Assembly (NCBI GenBank): GCA_965219085.1
Contig: OZ244720.1
Span: 451,684 to 515,683 of the forward strand
Reading direction: 5' to 3'
Length of the DNA stretch: 64,000 nt
From: Dehalococcoidia bacterium
GTDB lineage: Bacteria > Chloroflexota > Dehalococcoidia > UBA2979
The notes beneath the pieces were generated by a model. That model did no database searches. It had not been told where the DNA came from and worked only from the letters and a program-made list of their open reading frames with translations. Shown here piece after piece: positions 9,230-18,091 of the stretch (position 1 is its first letter; the number at the start of each line of letters is the position of its first letter). Position numbers and translations under genes: made by a program.

Positions 9230-10089
9230 GTTGCGGTGGCGGGGGAGCGCTCCTGGGCGGTGACGACGGCGCAGGCGAGCATGCCGGGGCCCGTGTGGAC
9301 GCCGATCGCGGGCCCCACCTCGCCGGTGATGAGCTCGGCGTCGGGCGCGAGGGCGCGCAACTCCCCCGCCAGATCCGCGGAATCGCCGGGGCTGGCGCCG
9401 TGCGCGGCCATCATCTGCTCAATCGGGGCCAACTCGGACACGCGACGCAGCATGTCGGCCACGGCCTTGCGCCTCGTGCGTACGCGGCCGGCCGCCTCCA
9501 CTTCGCCGTCGCGGATCGTGAGCAGGGGCTTCACCCGCAACAGGGTGCCGATCGCCGCGCCCGCCCGTCCGATGCGCCCACCGCGCTGGAGGTACTCGAG
9601 CGTGTCGAGGAGGAAGAAGGTGTGCGTGCGGCCGAACTGGGCCATCGCGAGGTCGCGTACCTCATCGAGGCCGGCGCCGCCCGCGGCCGCCCTCGCGGCG
9701 GTGATCACGCCCAGACCCATCGCCATCGTCGCGAGCGCGGAGTTGATGCACTCGATGCGTACGCCCTCCACGCCCTGGGCGCCCTGGCGCGCCGAGCCGA
9801 GGGTGCCGCTCAGCTTCTCGGAGACGTGGATCGACAGGATCTCCGTGGCCCCCTCGGCGGCGAGCTGTTCGTAGGCCGCACGGAACGCGCCCGGTGCGGG
9901 CTGTGACGTGGTCGGGAGCACGGACTCGCGCCCGAGACGCTCGAAGAAGCCCCGTGACTGGATGTCGACGCCGTCGAGGAGTTCCTCGTCGCCGAACAGC
10001 ACGCTCGCCGGGACGACGGTGATGTTGTGCTCGGCCGCCAGCTCCGGGCTGAGGTCGGCGGTCGAGTCGGTGACGATTCGGAGGCTCAC
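9226..10089 (-). CDS. DegV family fatty-acid-binding protein
   Basis: MSLRIVTDSTADL start typical for DegV. Confidence 0.85.
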   Translation of the reverse strand: MSLRIVTDSTADLSPELAAEHNITVVPASVLFGDEELLDGVDIQSRGFFERLGRESVLPTTSQPAPGAFRAAYEQLAAEGATEILSIHVSEKLSGTLGSARQGAQGVEGVRIECINSALATMAMGLGVITAARAAAGGAGLDEVRDLAMAQFGRTHTFFLLDTLEYLQRGGRIGRAGAAIGTLLRVKPLLTIRDGEVEAAGRVRTRRKAVADMLRRVSELAPIEQMMAAHGASPGDSADLAGELRALAPDAELITGEVGPAIGVHTGPGMLACAVVTAQERSPATAT

Positions 10090-10120
10090 GATGACTGGTC
10101 CATCCGCGTACGCGCGCTCG

Positions 10121-11734
10121 TCATTCGACGCCTGCGAGGTAAGGGTAGTGCGGCTGTCCGCCCATGACCACCTCGACTTCGACGCCGGGGTGGGCCGCCT
10201 CGATCAGGTCCGGCAGGCTGTACGCCGCGCTCTCGGGTGCGTCCGCGCCGAGGATGAGCGTGACGATCTCGCCGTCGTCGCCGATGGCCTCGGCGAGGCC
10301 GATCATCAGCGCTTCCTCAGGCGTCTCGGTGCGGGCCTTGAGCGTGCCGTCGACGAGCACGATGGAGTCGCCGATCCGCACGGCGACCCCGTCGACGGTG
10401 GTGTCGCGGACCGCCTCCGTCACCTCCACGTTGCGCACGGACGTGGCCGCCTCGGCCAGCTCCGCAGCGAGGCCCTCGAGGTCCTCGCCCGGCACGAACG
10501 CGACCGCGGCGGCGAGCCCGGCCGCCACTGACTTCGCGGGCACGACGGTGATACGGTCCGGCTCCTGCGTCGCGGCCTGCTGCGCCGTCATCACGACGTT
10601 CGAGTCGTTGGGGAGGATGAAGGTGTGCTCGGCGCCGGCGCGCAGCGCCGCCTCCAGCACGTCGCCGGCGCTCGGGTTATTCGTCGCGCCACCGTCGACG
10701 ATGCCGGTCGCGCCGAGGTCGCGGAACGCGATCCGGAGCCCGTCTCCCTGCACGACGGCGACGAGGCCGACGGGGGGAGCGTCGCCCGCTGCCTCCTCGT
10801 GGCCCGCGGCCCACTCGTCGTGCTGGGCCTGCATGTCCTCGACCTTGACGTTCTGCAGCTCACCGTAGCTCGCGCCGGCCGCCACTGCAGCCGCGGGCGT
10901 CTCCATGTGGACATGCACGTGGAGTGTGCGCGTGTCACCGACGACCAGTAGCGACTCACCACCCGCCCCCGCCAGCTCGTTCGCAAGCGCGTCGCGGTCC
11001 AGGTCCTGGCCGCTCACCAGGTACTCGACGCAGAAGCCGTGACCCTCGTGCCCTACGCCCTCGAGCTGGACGGCGCCGACGGGCGCCTCCGGCGGCGGCG
11101 GCAACTGCTCGCCCATGACGCCGAAGCGCAGCCCCTCGAGCAGCACGGCGACGCCCTCGCCGCCCGCGTCGACGACGCCGGCGTCGCGCAACTGCGGCAG
11201 CAGCTCGGGCGTGCGCTCCACGCTGTCGCGCGCGGCGGCGACGGTCGCGTCCAGGACCGATGCCAGCGACGGGTCGGCCGCCTGGTTCGCGACGGCGCCC
11301 TCGGCGGCCTCGCGCATCACAGTCAGCATCGTGCCCTCGACGGGCGTGGCGACCGCGGAGTAGGCCGCCGTCGCGGCGGATTCGAGCGCACCGAGCAGTT
11401 CGGACGGGCCGATGTCGGCGTTGCCCTCGAGGCTGTCGGCGAGCCCGCGCACCATTTGCGAGAGGATCACGCCGCTGTTGCCGCGCGCGCCCAGCAGAGC
11501 GCCCTGCGCCATCGCGCCCGTGAAGTCGCCGACGTTGGTGGCAGCTCCCTCGTGCTCATCGGCGGCCCGGCGCGCGGCGCGCAGGGTGAGCAGCATGTTG
11601 GTGCCGGTGTCCCCGTCGGGGACGGGGTAGACGTTGATCGCGTTGATAGCCTCGCGGTTCAATTCGAACCACTCCAGTGCGACGTCGAGCGCGTCGCTGA
11701 ACGCCTCTGCGTGCAGGCGCTGTGGTGGGGTCAT
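10121..11734 (-). CDS. DAK2 domain-containing protein YloV
   Basis: N-terminal Dak2 domain, C-terminal DegV-like fold; conserved rpmB/yloV/degV/recG synteny. Confidence 0.85.
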   Translation of the reverse strand: MTPPQRLHAEAFSDALDVALEWFELNREAINAINVYPVPDGDTGTNMLLTLRAARRAADEHEGAATNVGDFTGAMAQGALLGARGNSGVILSQMVRGLADSLEGNADIGPSELLGALESAATAAYSAVATPVEGTMLTVMREAAEGAVANQAADPSLASVLDATVAAARDSVERTPELLPQLRDAGVVDAGGEGVAVLLEGLRFGVMGEQLPPPPEAPVGAVQLEGVGHEGHGFCVEYLVSGQDLDRDALANELAGAGGESLLVVGDTRTLHVHVHMETPAAAVAAGASYGELQNVKVEDMQAQHDEWAAGHEEAAGDAPPVGLVAVVQGDGLRIAFRDLGATGIVDGGATNNPSAGDVLEAALRAGAEHTFILPNDSNVVMTAQQAATQEPDRITVVPAKSVAAGLAAAVAFVPGEDLEGLAAELAEAATSVRNVEVTEAVRDTTVDGVAVRIGDSIVLVDGTLKARTETPEEALMIGLAEAIGDDGEIVTLILGADAPESAAYSLPDLIEAAHPGVEVEVVMGGQPHYPYLAGVE

Positions 11735-11836
11735 CGCCTCGCCGTTCCTTATCTCCGATAGCGTGTCTTCGGGCTCAATGCTACGCTCTTAATCCCGATC
11801 GCGGATAACGAACGATTACGTTCGTCACGAGGATGG

Positions 11837-12100
11837 TTGGCGATGGCCTCCGGCAAGTGTGACCTCTGCCCGAAGCGCACGACGTTCGGGCGCAACATCC
11901 GCCACAAGCACTCCGGCCGCTGGGAGCGCAAGGCCCCCCGCACGAACCGCGAGTTCCGTCCGAACGTCCAGAGCAAGCGCCTGCTCATCGATGGCCGCAT
12001 GCGCCGCGTCAACGTCTGCACGCGCTGCCTCCGCACGCAGCTCAAGCGCATGGCCGCAGGCAAGCCCGCGATCCCCGAGGGCGCGCTCGCCAGGGCGTAG
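11837..12100 (+). CDS. rpmB: 50S ribosomal protein L28
   Basis: MASGKCDLCPK...RRVNVCTRCL matches L28. Confidence 0.9.
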   Translation: MAMASGKCDLCPKRTTFGRNIRHKHSGRWERKAPRTNREFRPNVQSKRLLIDGRMRRVNVCTRCLRTQLKRMAAGKPAIPEGALARA

Positions 12101-12148
12101 CACCCGCCCCTCCCACCTCCTGTCACATGTGACCGGCGACCTCGTCGC

Positions 12149-12829
12149 CTACGGCGTGCGTCCGATGGCCGCGCGCAGTCCGGCGATCGCCTCTGCCGGG
12201 GTCTCGCGGTCGTTGTAGACGGCCGAGCCGGCGACCAGCAGCGTCGCCCCTGCCTCGACGCACATCGAGGCGTTGTGGGCCTTGACCCCGCCGTCGACCT
12301 CGATCACGAGCGAGGCGCCCGCGGCTTCGGCCATCCGCCGCAGCTCGCCGACCTTCGGTAGCTGGTCGACGAGCAGCTCCTGCCCGCCGCGGCCGGGGTG
12401 TACGAGCATCACGGTCACCATGTCGAGCGCGCCCACCCACGGTTCGAGGCTCGACGCGGGCGTCGGCGGGCTGATAGCGATGCCCGCCTCGCAGCCGAGT
12501 TCGCGCGTGCGCTCGATCGCCCGCTGCGGTTCAGGTGCGGCTTCGAGGTGGAAGATCAGCCGGTCCGCCCCCGCCTCGGCCAGCGGCGCGAGTTGGTCGA
12601 GCGGGTTGGTGACCATCATGTGCGCCTCGACGGGCAGCCGCGTCGCACGGCGTACCGCCTGCAGCACGAGCGGCCCGAGGCTGAGCTGCGGCACGAAGTG
12701 CCCGTCCATCACGTCGATGTGCATCACATCTGCGCCGCCGGCCTCGGCCGCCGCCACGTCTTCGGCGAGGCGGCCGAAGTCGGCCGTGAGGATCGAGGGT
12801 GCGATGAGCACCCGCTGCTCGCCGCTCAC
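12149..12829 (-). CDS. rpe: ribulose-phosphate 3-epimerase
   Basis: Start GTG at 12829 (VSGEQRVLIAPSILTADF) with GGAGG RBS; overlaps argH stop as GTGA; upstream 66 codons of ORF are artefact. Confidence 0.85.
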   Translation of the reverse strand: MSGEQRVLIAPSILTADFGRLAEDVAAAEAGGADVMHIDVMDGHFVPQLSLGPLVLQAVRRATRLPVEAHMMVTNPLDQLAPLAEAGADRLIFHLEAAPEPQRAIERTRELGCEAGIAISPPTPASSLEPWVGALDMVTVMLVHPGRGGQELLVDQLPKVGELRRMAEAAGASLVIEVDGGVKAHNASMCVEAGATLLVAGSAVYNDRETPAEAIAGLRAAIGRTP

Positions 12830-14259
12830 GCCGCCTCCTCGCGCAGGCGCGCCCGCGCCGCCTCGCGCTGCTCGGCGACCCGAGCCGGCGCGGTGCCGCC
12901 GGTCGCGCTGCGCGCGGCCAGCGAGGCCTCGATGTCGAGCGAGAGCACGTCCTCGCCGAACGCGGGGTGGGCGGCGCGGTAGTCGTCGAGCGTCAGCTCC
13001 TCGAACGTGCGGCCTGTTCGCTCGCACTCGGCAACGAGGGCGCCGACGGCCTCGTGGGCTTCGCGGAACGGCACGCCGCGCTGCACGAGGTGGTCGGCGA
13101 GGTCGGTGGCGAGCGCGAAGTCGCCGCCCGCGGCCTCGCGGCCGCGCGCGGCGTCGAAGCGCAGCGTGGGCAGCATGGCGGCTACGACGGCGAGCGTGGC
13201 GAGCAGTGTGTCGACGGAGTCGAACAGAGGCTCCTTGTCCTCCTGCAGGTCGCGGTTGTAGGCCAGCGGCTGGCCCTTGAGCAGCGTCAGCGCCTGCACG
13301 AGGTTACCGATGGTGCGGGCGCTCTTGCCGCGGGCCAGCTCAGCGACGTCCGGGTTGCGCTTCTGCGGCATGATGCTCGACCCCGTCGAGAAGGCGTCGT
13401 CGAGCTGCACGAGGCCGAACTCGGCCGACGCCCAGAGCACGATCTCCTCGGCGAACCGCGACACGTGCACCATCGTCAGCGCGGCGGCTGCGTGGAACTC
13501 CACGACGAAGTCGCGGTCCGAGACCGCGTCGAGCGAGTTGGCTGCGACGGCGTCGAACCCCAGCTCGCGCGCCACGAACGCCCGGTCGATCGGGTAGCCG
13601 ACACCGGCGAGCGCGCCCGAGCCGAGCGGCAGCACGTTCGCGGTCGAGCGCGCGGCGCGGAAGCGCGCGGCGTCGCGGGTCAGCATCTCCTCGTAGGCCT
13701 GGAGGTGGTGCGCGAGCAGCACCGGCTGTGCGCGCTGGAGGTGCGTGTAGCCGGAGATCACCGTCGCCGCCTCGCGCTCGGCGAGGTCGAGCAGCGCGCC
13801 CCGCAGCGCCGCGAGGCGCTCGCCCACCTCGTCGCAGGCGGCGCGGACGAACATGCGCAGGTCGGTCGCGACCTGGTCGTTGCGGGAACGCGCGGTGTGG
13901 AGGCGACGCGCCGGCTCGCCGATGCGCTCGGCCAGCGCCGCCTCGATGTTGAGGTGGATGTCCTCGCGGTCTTCGCGGAACTCGAAGTCGCCGGCGGCGA
14001 TTTCGGCCTCGATCGCCTCGAGGCCGGCGGTGATGGCGTCGCGGTCGGCGTCGGAGATGATGCCCTGCGCGGCGAGCATCCGCGCGTGCGCGAGCGAGCC
14101 CGCGATGTCCTCGCGGTAGAGCCTGCGGTCGAAGGCGATGGAGGCGCCGTACGCCTCGGCGAGCGCGTTGGTGGCGCCCTCGAAGCGGCCGCCCCAGAGC
14201 TTGGCCTCGCCGTCCGGCGCGGGCTGGGCGGGTGGAGTCGTGTCGCTGTCCCCGGTCAT
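12826..14259 (-). CDS. argH: argininosuccinate lyase
   Basis: Full-length fumarate-lyase family sequence with the GSSIMPQKRNPD signature. Confidence 0.92.
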   Translation of the reverse strand: MTGDSDTTPPAQPAPDGEAKLWGGRFEGATNALAEAYGASIAFDRRLYREDIAGSLAHARMLAAQGIISDADRDAITAGLEAIEAEIAAGDFEFREDREDIHLNIEAALAERIGEPARRLHTARSRNDQVATDLRMFVRAACDEVGERLAALRGALLDLAEREAATVISGYTHLQRAQPVLLAHHLQAYEEMLTRDAARFRAARSTANVLPLGSGALAGVGYPIDRAFVARELGFDAVAANSLDAVSDRDFVVEFHAAAALTMVHVSRFAEEIVLWASAEFGLVQLDDAFSTGSSIMPQKRNPDVAELARGKSARTIGNLVQALTLLKGQPLAYNRDLQEDKEPLFDSVDTLLATLAVVAAMLPTLRFDAARGREAAGGDFALATDLADHLVQRGVPFREAHEAVGALVAECERTGRTFEELTLDDYRAAHPAFGEDVLSLDIEASLAARSATGGTAPARVAEQREAARARLREEAA

Positions 14260-14305
14260 GGTTCGAGGCTACATCGGGGCCCTGCGGCGTGCGAGCGGCC
14301 GAGCG

Positions 14306-14756
14306 TCAGGCGCCGGGGCGGAGGTCGCCGAGGTCGATGATCCGGCCCGTGGCCCGCCTGAACGTTCGGATCATGGCGCGGTCGGCCGTGATTACGGAAC
14401 AGCCGTTCCGTATCGCAAGCGCGACGTAGAGGCAGTCATATACGGCATGGCCGAAGGCAAGCGACAGCTCGAGCGCCTGAATTGCGAGGCCGGTTGACGG
14501 GACAAGCGAGGGAAGCGTGAGGACAAGCCGATCCAGGGCGTCTCGCGCTTCATCCGGGGCGAGGTCGTCTCTCAGGTGAGAGCGCGCCCACAGCGCATTC
14601 GTGACCTCGGGGAGGTATGCGTCCGGCGCAAGGAGCTGCACTTCGTCTCGCCGAGCCCGGGCGAGAAGGGCGATCGCGACTTCGGAGTGCTCTTCGGGCA
14701 GCACCCACTTGAGGCCTACACATGCGTCGACGACGAACTGGCTCGCAGTAGTCAAC
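14306..14756 (-). CDS. vapC: type II toxin VapC (PIN domain)
   Basis: TTG start (LTTASQFVVDACVG) overlapping vapB stop by 1 nt; PIN acidic residues. Confidence 0.7.
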
Positions 14757-15006
14757 GATCGCGGAATTCGCGGATGATCGGCCAGCTCTCGTCGAGCAGT
14801 CCACCGTGCCGCTCCTCGATGCGAGCTCGCAGCGCGTTCATTTCGGGGATCACGTCCTGAACGCGCTGTTGCCACTGTCGTCGTTCGACGTGCTCCTGCA
14901 GCGCCACGCGCACCACGGCGTTCACGCTCGTGCCGCCCTCGGCCGCCTCCTCGCGGAGGGCCTCGATCACGTCTTCAGGGACGTTTCTGACGGTGAGTTG
15001 CGACAT
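14752..15006 (-). CDS. vapB: type II antitoxin VapB-like (FitA-type DNA-binding)
   Basis: MSQLTVRNVPEDVIEALREEAAEGGTSVNAVVRVALQEH; 84 aa; palindrome TGCCTCGAGGCA just upstream of ATG. Confidence 0.65.
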   Translation of the reverse strand: MSQLTVRNVPEDVIEALREEAAEGGTSVNAVVRVALQEHVERRQWQQRVQDVIPEMNALRARIEERHGGLLDESWPIIREFRDR

Positions 15007-15115
15007 AGCCTGCCTCGAGGCATGCGAAACGACTACCGATATGTAGGCAGTATGCATGCGCTCGGAAGCCCTGACAACCCTGCTGTCGCGCCGGCGTGCT
15101 CTGACCCAGGTTCGG

Positions 15116-16354
15116 CTAGTCCTCGCCCGGAGCAGCGAGGCGCAGCGGGTCCGTGGGCTCGCGCAGCAGCTGCTGACGCGCCTGCACCTCCAGCGGCAGG
15201 CTCCACAGCTTGATGAAGCCGAGCGCCGCCTGCTGGTCGAAGTCGTCCTCCGCGCCATACGTCGCCAGCGCGTGGTTGTACAGGCTGCGGTCCGAGCGTG
15301 AGCCCACGGCGTCGGCGTGGCCGCGCCACAGCCGCAGCCGCACCTCGCCCGTCACGTGGCGCTGCGTCGAGTGCACGTAGGCGGCGAGGTCCTGGTGGTG
15401 CCCGCTGAACCACTGGCCGTTGTAGACCAGGTCGGCGTACTCCTGCGCCACCCGCGCCTTCATCCGCATCTGGTCCTTGCTCAGCGTCAGCGACTCCAGC
15501 TTGCGGTGCGCGGCCAGCAGCGCCACCGCCGCGGGCGCCTCGTAGACCTCGCGCGACTTGATGCCGACGAGGCGGTTCTCGACCATGTCGAGCCGCCCGA
15601 CGCCGTGCGCCCCGGCCAGCTCGTTCAGGCGGTCGACCAGCTCTACGGGCGTCACCCGCTCGCCGTCGAGCGAGACGGGGATGCCCTGCTCGAAGCCGAG
15701 CTCGACCTCGGCCGGCTCGTCGGGGGTGTCGTCAATCGGGCGGGTCCACATGTACGCGTCCTCGGGCGGAGTGACCCACGGGTCCTCGAGGGCGCCTGCT
15801 TCGATGGCGCGGCCCCACATGTTCTCGTCGATGGAGTAGGGAGAGCGTTCGCCGCCCTCGACGGAGATACCGTGCTGGCGGCAGTACGCGAGCGCCTCGT
15901 CGCGCGTCCACTGGTGCTCGCGCGCCGTCCCGACGATCGTGAGGCCGGGCGCCAGCGTGGCGAGGGCGATGTCGAACCGCACCTGGTCGTTGCCCTTGCC
16001 GGTACAGCCGTGCGCGACGGCGGTCGCGCCGACCTCGCGTGCCTTGTCGACGAGCAGCTTCGCGATGAGGGGGCGCCCGAGGGCCGTCGCGAGGGGGTAC
16101 TCACCCTCGTAGACCGCGTTGGCTGTCAGCGCCGGGAAGGCGAAGTAGCGCATGAAGTCCTCGCGTGCGTCGACCACGGCGTACTCGATCGCGCCGGCCT
16201 CGTGCGCGCGCCGCTCGGCGCCCTCAAGGTCCTCGACGTTGCCGAGGTCGATGAGGAGGCAGATCACCTCGTAGCCGCGATCCTCCTGCAGCCACTTCGT
16301 CGCCGCGGACGTGTCGAGGCCGCCTGAGTAGGCAAGGACGATGCGTTCGGCCAT
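15116..16354 (-). CDS. argG: argininosuccinate synthase
   Basis: MAERIVLAYSGGLDTS PP-loop; 413 codons; the 743-aa ORF's N-terminal part is antisense artefact. Confidence 0.92.
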   Translation of the reverse strand: MAERIVLAYSGGLDTSAATKWLQEDRGYEVICLLIDLGNVEDLEGAERRAHEAGAIEYAVVDAREDFMRYFAFPALTANAVYEGEYPLATALGRPLIAKLLVDKAREVGATAVAHGCTGKGNDQVRFDIALATLAPGLTIVGTAREHQWTRDEALAYCRQHGISVEGGERSPYSIDENMWGRAIEAGALEDPWVTPPEDAYMWTRPIDDTPDEPAEVELGFEQGIPVSLDGERVTPVELVDRLNELAGAHGVGRLDMVENRLVGIKSREVYEAPAAVALLAAHRKLESLTLSKDQMRMKARVAQEYADLVYNGQWFSGHHQDLAAYVHSTQRHVTGEVRLRLWRGHADAVGSRSDRSLYNHALATYGAEDDFDQQAALGFIKLWSLPLEVQARQQLLREPTDPLRLAAPGED

Positions 16355-16367
16355 CAGTGTGTCTCCA

Positions 16368-16778
16368 TCACTCCAGGTGTGAGGCCTCGCCGGCGACCGC
16401 CGAGCCGAGTTCGACGATGATCCCGTCCGGGTCGCGCACGTAGGCGACCGTCTGTCCCCACGGCTTCTCGACGGGCTCCGCGAGCGGTGTCGCGCCTGCC
16501 TCGACGGCGTGGGCGTAGGCTGCCGCGACATCCTCCACCTCGAAGCCAATCTCGAAGGCGGCCGGGGCCTGCCCGGCGTCGTTCTCGCGCATCGGCTGGG
16601 CGAAGTTCGAGGCCGCCATGGTGTTCGACGCGAGCCCGAGCGCGGTCGCACCGGTCTCAAGCTCGGCGTACTCGCCGCCCTCGGCCGCGAAGCGCAGCTC
16701 GAGGCCGAACGCGCGCCCGTAGAAGCGCACGGAGGCCTCCACGTCCCGCACGTAGACGATCGCCCAGCGGAACTGCAT
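16368..16778 (-). CDS. VOC (glyoxalase/bleomycin-resistance) family protein
   Basis: 136 aa tandem beta-alpha-beta-beta-beta VOC sequence. Confidence 0.75.
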   Translation of the reverse strand: MQFRWAIVYVRDVEASVRFYGRAFGLELRFAAEGGEYAELETGATALGLASNTMAASNFAQPMRENDAGQAPAAFEIGFEVEDVAAAYAHAVEAGATPLAEPVEKPWGQTVAYVRDPDGIIVELGSAVAGEASHLE

Positions 16779-16782
16779 GGGT

Positions 16783-17970
16783 TTAGCCGGTGACTTCCGC
16801 GATCGCGCCGTCGATGATGTCGACGACGCTGTCGATCTCCTCGGCGCTGACGTTGAGCGGCGGCATCAACCGCACCACGTCGGGGCGTACCGGGTTGAGC
16901 AGCGCGCCGCGCTGCATCGACTCCACCACGACCTGCGGGGCGATCGGCTCGTTCAGTTCGAGGCCGATCAGCAGGCCTCGCCCGCGTACACCACGCACCA
17001 CGGAGTGCTTCTCGCCGAGGGCGGCGAGGCGGCTCGCCGCCTGGTCGCCGCGCGCGCGGACGTTGGCGAGCGTGTCGCCCTCGATGACGCGGCGCAGCAC
17101 GTGGGCGGCGGCGGCGGTGGCCAGCGGCTGCCCCCCGAACGTCGAGCCGTGGTCGCCGGGCTCGAAGACCGACGCGGCCTCCGTAGCCATCATCGCGGCT
17201 ACGGGCACGCCGCCGCCGAGCGCCTTCGCGCTGGTCATGACGTCGGGCGTGATGCCCGCCTGCTCGTGCGCCCAGAGCGTGCCGGTGCGGCCCATGCCGA
17301 CTTGCACCTCGTCGAGGATGAGCAGCATGCCCTGCTCGTCGCACCACTCGCGAACGGCGCGCAGGTAGTTGTCGCCGGGGATGTTGATGCCGCCCTCGCC
17401 CTGGATCGGCTCCAGCATGACCGCGGTGGTGTGCTCGTTCGTCGCCGCCTGGATCGCCTCGACGTCATCGAAGTCGACGTAGACGAAGCCGGGGACGAGC
17501 GGCTCGAAGGGCTCGCGGTATGCGGGGGTGCCGGTTGCGGCGACGGTCGCCATGGTGCGGCCGTGGAAGCCGTTCTCCGCGACGACGATTTCGTGCGCGC
17601 CGTTGCGGTTCAGCCGGCCCCACTTGCGGGCGAGCTTGAGCGCCGCCTCATTCGCCTCGGCCCCCGAGTTCGCGAAGAACACGCGGTCCATCGGCGAGTG
17701 CTCGATGAGCAGCTGGGCCAGCTCGATCTGCGGCTCGGTGTAGAAGATGTTCGAGACATGGATCAGCGTGCGCGCCTGCTCCGCGATCACCTCGGCAAGC
17801 TCGGGGTCGGAGTGCCCGAAGGTGCACGAGGCGATGCCGGCCACGAAGTCGAGGTACTCCTTGCCCTCGTCGTCCCAGACACGGGTGCCTTCGCCGCGCA
17901 CGAGCGTGAGCGGCAGCCGCCGCGCGGCCTGCATATAGAGCTGGGCTTCCAGGGCCTGGGTATCCGTCAC
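16783..17970 (-). CDS. argD: acetylornithine aminotransferase
   Basis: Class-III PLP aminotransferase, full length 395 aa. Confidence 0.88.
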   Translation of the reverse strand: MTDTQALEAQLYMQAARRLPLTLVRGEGTRVWDDEGKEYLDFVAGIASCTFGHSDPELAEVIAEQARTLIHVSNIFYTEPQIELAQLLIEHSPMDRVFFANSGAEANEAALKLARKWGRLNRNGAHEIVVAENGFHGRTMATVAATGTPAYREPFEPLVPGFVYVDFDDVEAIQAATNEHTTAVMLEPIQGEGGINIPGDNYLRAVREWCDEQGMLLILDEVQVGMGRTGTLWAHEQAGITPDVMTSAKALGGGVPVAAMMATEAASVFEPGDHGSTFGGQPLATAAAAHVLRRVIEGDTLANVRARGDQAASRLAALGEKHSVVRGVRGRGLLIGLELNEPIAPQVVVESMQRGALLNPVRPDVVRLMPPLNVSAEEIDSVVDIIDGAIAEVTG

Positions 17971-18061
17971 GCTGCTCTCCAGTACTCGTTGCGTCGTGTG
18001 TTGTTGGCGTGCCGAGGCACAACGGACAGCTTACCCGTCGTGCCCGTTGCGGGCTTGGGGC

Positions 18062-18084
18062 CGCCGGCGCCAAACGCGCCGGCG
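18062..18084. terminator. GC-rich hairpin downstream of UPF0182 / upstream of argD
   Basis: CGCCGGCGC caaac GCGCCGGCG perfect 9-bp stem; no clear U-tract. Confidence 0.3.
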
Positions 18085-18091
18085 GCGGCTC

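Noticed and set aside
6465-9906. Large antisense ORFs over recG (6465..7481 +, 6671..8083 +, 7684..9030 -, 8138..9874 +, 8902..9906 +)
   Set aside because: RecG is unambiguous on the minus strand; these have biased composition and no family resemblance.
12273-14340. ORFs 12273..13280 +, 12967..14340 + antisense to rpe/argH
   Set aside because: GC-frame artefacts.
15116-17347. 743-aa ORF (15116..17347 -)
   Set aside because: Only the C-terminal 413 codons (from ATG 16354) are argG; the N-terminal 330 codons are an out-of-frame read through the VOC and argD genes, which lie in a different frame on the same strand, giving a low-complexity RP-rich translation.
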